This document shows positions 60,922 to 64,000 of a stretch of DNA of 64,000 nucleotides, piece after piece. Source of the stretch: an uncultured Limnohabitans sp. (lineage in GTDB: Bacteria > Pseudomonadota > Gammaproteobacteria > Burkholderiales > Burkholderiaceae_C); NCBI GenBank assembly GCA_937928195.1, contig CALEYZ010000022.1:2016-66015 (forward strand), written 5' to 3'. The notes under the pieces are model-generated. The model was given only the letters and a program-made list of their open reading frames with translations. It was not told where the DNA came from and did not search any database. The position numbers and the translations under genes were made by a program. The stretch's first letter is position 1. Each line of letters opens with the position of its first letter.

Positions 60922-62688
60922 ATGGCCACACGTCGTTCTCCCCCTCCCATTGCCAACATCTCTGACAATTTGCTGGAGGTGAAAAACCTCACCGTTGATT
61001 TCATCAGTGCATCCAAAGCGCCTGTTAGAGCGGTTGAGGAAGTCTCCTTCGTCATTCCGCGTGAACGCACCGTGGCGCTGGTGGGCGAGTCTGGCAGCGG
61101 TAAATCTGTCAGCGCTTTGGCTATCATGGGCTTGCTTCCAACGCAAAACGCCAGGGTGGCGCTGCATTCAAAAATTGAGTATGACGGTCGGTCATTGTTG
61201 AACTTGTCGAGGCCAGAGTGGCAATTGATCCGGGGTTCACGCATCGCCATGATTTTCCAAGACCCCATGACCTCACTCAATCCGGTCTACACCGTCGGAT
61301 TTCAGTTGGCTGAAATGCTTCAGGTGCACAAGCGAATGTCTTCGAAAGAATCACTGGCGCGTGCTTGTGATTTGCTGGCGGAGGTGGGTATTCCTGAGCC
61401 TCAAAAACGCATCAATGCCTACCCGCATGAACTGTCGGGCGGCCAACAACAGCGCGTCATGATCGCCATGGCTTTGGCATGCGAACCTGAGCTCTTGATT
61501 GCGGATGAGCCCACAACGGCGCTGGACGTGACTGTCCAACGTCAAATCATGCTGCTGCTGGCCGAACTGCGCGAACGCAGACGAATGGCCATGTTGTTCA
61601 TCACCCATGATTTGGGCTTGGTCAGTGAAGTGGCAGATCATGCGGTGGTCATGCGCAAGGGCACGGTACGTGAGGCCGGGCCTGTTCGTGCCATTTTTAC
61701 AGCCCCTCAAGATGCTTACACCAAGGCCTTGCTCAGTTGTCGTCCCAGTGCCGAGCGTCAGGGGCAACGCCTGCTAACGATTGATGATTGGATGTCGACG
61801 CAAACCGGTCAAGCTAGGCCTGGCGGCTTGATGGCTGAGCCTGTGGCTTTGCCTGTTGAGCCGACCTCGCAGGCGCCCCTCAACCATTCAAGTGCGTTGC
61901 TGGAAGTGCAAAACCTGCGCAAAGTTTTTCAACGCTCTGCGGGTTGGTTCAAGCACGATGAATTCGTTGCCGTAGAAGACGTCAGTTTCAAATTGCACAA
62001 AGGGCAAACGGTCGGATTGGTGGGTGAATCTGGCTCTGGCAAAACCACCGTGGGTTTGTGTTTGCTCAGACTCCATGAAGCGACAGCTGGCAAAGTACTT
62101 TTTGAAGGTCAAAATTTGTTGGAAATGCCTTCGCCTGAGTTTGCCAAGTACAAAAAGCGTCTTCAAATTGTTTTTCAAAACCCGTATGCATCGCTCAACC
62201 CACGTTTTACAGTGGGCGAAATTTTGAGCGAACCTATGCAACTGCACGGCATCGGGTCAGGTGCAGCCGACTGGGAAAAACGGTCTTTGGCCTTGCTTGA
62301 CAAGGTGGGCATGCCTGCATCGGCGCTCAAACGCTACCCCTTTGAGTTCTCTGGCGGCCAGCGACAGCGCATTGCCATTGCTCGTTCTCTCAGCTTGTCA
62401 CCTGAGGTGGTGGTGTTGGACGAGGCGGTGTCTGCCTTGGATGTTTCAGTGCAAGCGCAAGTATTGAATTTGTTGAAGGACCTTCAAAAAGAGCTTGGGC
62501 TCAGTTATCTGTTCATCTCCCATGACCTTGAAGTGGTTCGCTACATGTCGGACACTTTGTTGGTGATGAACAAAGGACAAGTAGTGGAGCAGGGTGACGC
62601 TGCCAGCATTTATGCTCAACCGCAGCACACATACACGCAAACGCTGTTGGCCTCGGTACCCAAGTTGCTAGAAGCCGCGGCCTTTTAA
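60922..62688 (+). CDS. Peptide ABC transporter fused double ATPase
   Basis: Two GESGSGK Walker A motifs, [12 protein letters not shown] and [12 protein letters not shown]. Confidence 0.94.
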   Translation: MATRRSPPPIANISDNLLEVKNLTVDFISASKAPVRAVEEVSFVIPRERTVALVGESGSGKSVSALAIMGLLPTQNARVALHSKIEYDGRSLLNLSRPEWQLIRGSRIAMIFQDPMTSLNPVYTVGFQLAEMLQVHKRMSSKESLARACDLLAEVGIPEPQKRINAYPHELSGGQQQRVMIAMALACEPELLIADEPTTALDVTVQRQIMLLLAELRERRRMAMLFITHDLGLVSEVADHAVVMRKGTVREAGPVRAIFTAPQDAYTKALLSCRPSAERQGQRLLTIDDWMSTQTGQARPGGLMAEPVALPVEPTSQAPLNHSSALLEVQNLRKVFQRSAGWFKHDEFVAVEDVSFKLHKGQTVGLVGESGSGKTTVGLCLLRLHEATAGKVLFEGQNLLEMPSPEFAKYKKRLQIVFQNPYASLNPRFTVGEILSEPMQLHGIGSGAADWEKRSLALLDKVGMPASALKRYPFEFSGGQRQRIAIARSLSLSPEVVVLDEAVSALDVSVQAQVLNLLKDLQKELGLSYLFISHDLEVVRYMSDTLLVMNKGQVVEQGDAASIYAQPQHTYTQTLLASVPKLLEAAAF

Positions 62689-63941
62689 GCGTGCTTCACT
62701 TTGGGCAGGTGTTTGATGCTTTTTAAATAAGGACGGGCATAGGCTACCAGCGCGACCAAGAGTGTGCCTGCGCCTGCGCCCGCCAATGAGCTGCGCATGC
62801 CCCAATGTTCGGCCATCCAACCACCCAAGATGGCGCCAGGTCCAGCGGGCAACAAAATAAGCCACCGCATGGTGGTGGTCATGCGCCCCAGTAAATCAGT
62901 TGGTGTGAAAGATTGCCTGAGCGACAAAAAGTTCACAAACAAAAGGGTGGCCCCCCAGCTGAAGCAGATGAGCATCCATGAGAATAAAACCAAGCTGGGC
63001 AACACACCTTCCAATCCAAGCAAGCTGATCCACCCAATGGATGTGATGCCGATGCCCAAGATGAGGGCCGGACCTGGTCCCAACTTTTTGGATAACTTGG
63101 GTCCAGCCATGCCGCCCAAAACAGAGCCTACCCCAAGTGCAACAAAGCTCAGAGACACGAGCGTTTCATCGAGGCCCAAATCTTTCACCGCAAAAATGAT
63201 TTGAACGGACAAAGCCAATTGGGCAAAGAACTGCCAAGCGCCCACAGTTGCGGCCATTTCCAAGAGCATTTTTTGCGATTTGACAAAGTTCAAACCCTTC
63301 ATCAAATCGTCTTTGAACGACCGATCTTTCCAGGTAGAGCGTGGGGGAACTTCTTCGTGAATGTGAATGCCGCGCAACATGACAACGGATCCAATCAGCA
63401 AAAACGCATCCGTGACCAAAGCCAAGGGTGCACCAAACACACGAATCAAGATGCCCGCGATGCCTGGGCCTAACACTTCCGCCATCGAGCCTGCAATGGC
63501 GTTTTGAGAGTAGGCTTGTACCAGCTTGTCTCGCCCCACCAGCTGGGTGAGCACAATTTGAGAGGCTGAGCCTGCAATGGTGTACACGGAACCCAATGCA
63601 AAGCTGACCACGTACATCAGTTGGATGGTGAGGAGACCCAAACTCCATGCCAGCGGTATGAGAAGCAGGGCGCAGCCCATGAAAATTTCCCCGCCAATGT
63701 ACAACGGCAGTTTCTGCATTCGATCGATCAGCACGCCGCCAGGCAGAGACAACAAAATAAAGGGCGCAATTTCCATTGCCGTGAGCAAACCCATTTGCGT
63801 GGGGCTGGCGTCGAGCAAGAACACAGCCGTGAGCGGAAGGGCCAGCATGGTGATTTGCCCACCTAAGTTGCTGAACAAAATGGAAAGCCACATTCGCCGG
63901 TAACCGGCTATTTGAAACAAAGGACTTCTAAAGATGTTCAT
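62685..63941 (-). CDS. MFS transporter
   Basis: About 12 hydrophobic segments, G.L.DR loop motif, LRQ..TP..LLGR. Confidence 0.88.
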   Translation of the reverse strand: MNIFRSPLFQIAGYRRMWLSILFSNLGGQITMLALPLTAVFLLDASPTQMGLLTAMEIAPFILLSLPGGVLIDRMQKLPLYIGGEIFMGCALLLIPLAWSLGLLTIQLMYVVSFALGSVYTIAGSASQIVLTQLVGRDKLVQAYSQNAIAGSMAEVLGPGIAGILIRVFGAPLALVTDAFLLIGSVVMLRGIHIHEEVPPRSTWKDRSFKDDLMKGLNFVKSQKMLLEMAATVGAWQFFAQLALSVQIIFAVKDLGLDETLVSLSFVALGVGSVLGGMAGPKLSKKLGPGPALILGIGITSIGWISLLGLEGVLPSLVLFSWMLICFSWGATLLFVNFLSLRQSFTPTDLLGRMTTTMRWLILLPAGPGAILGGWMAEHWGMRSSLAGAGAGTLLVALVAYARPYLKSIKHLPKVKHA

Positions 63942-64000
63942 GCCTCTTCAGCTTGCTAAGCTTGCGAAATGGAAAAACCCCGCCAAAACATTGTTCTAGC

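Noticed and set aside
63970-64000. AAAAACCCCGCC, possibly half of a terminator
   Set aside because: Truncated by the window edge, so the pairing arm cannot be confirmed.

Overview
Chromosomal segment of a betaproteobacterium; gene content and order point to Burkholderiales/Comamonadaceae, Limnohabitans-like (inference). About 1-25 kb is an accessory catabolic region for an unidentified carboxylated (hetero)aromatic compound. It encodes an OphC-like decarboxylase, two class II aldolase-fold proteins, a Rieske oxygenase, an OphB-like dihydrodiol dehydrogenase, two UbiD paralogues plus UbiX, a CoxMSL/CoxG-type molybdenum hydroxylase, a crotonase, an alpha/beta hydrolase, two orphan solute-binding proteins, a LysR regulator, and a Tat-signal ThDP enzyme followed by a cytochrome c. 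A small block of non-catabolic genes interrupts it, including an isocitrate dehydrogenase whose NADP-binding residues are selectively replaced. About 25-64 kb is core genome: rng, msbA, tolB-pal-cpoB, tcdA, tRNA-Lys, ABC-F, prmB, dapE/dapC, smc-zipA-ligA-def, cysB, lptFG, pepA, holC, livK-like, dcp, a peptide ABC transporter and an MFS transporter. No CRISPR array, rRNA, transposase or integrase was seen. The best leads are the putative periplasmic ThDP enzyme-cytochrome c pair, the cofactor-site-degenerate IDH, and the multi-decarboxylase pathway with paired UbiDs. All family calls come from motif recognition, not database searches.
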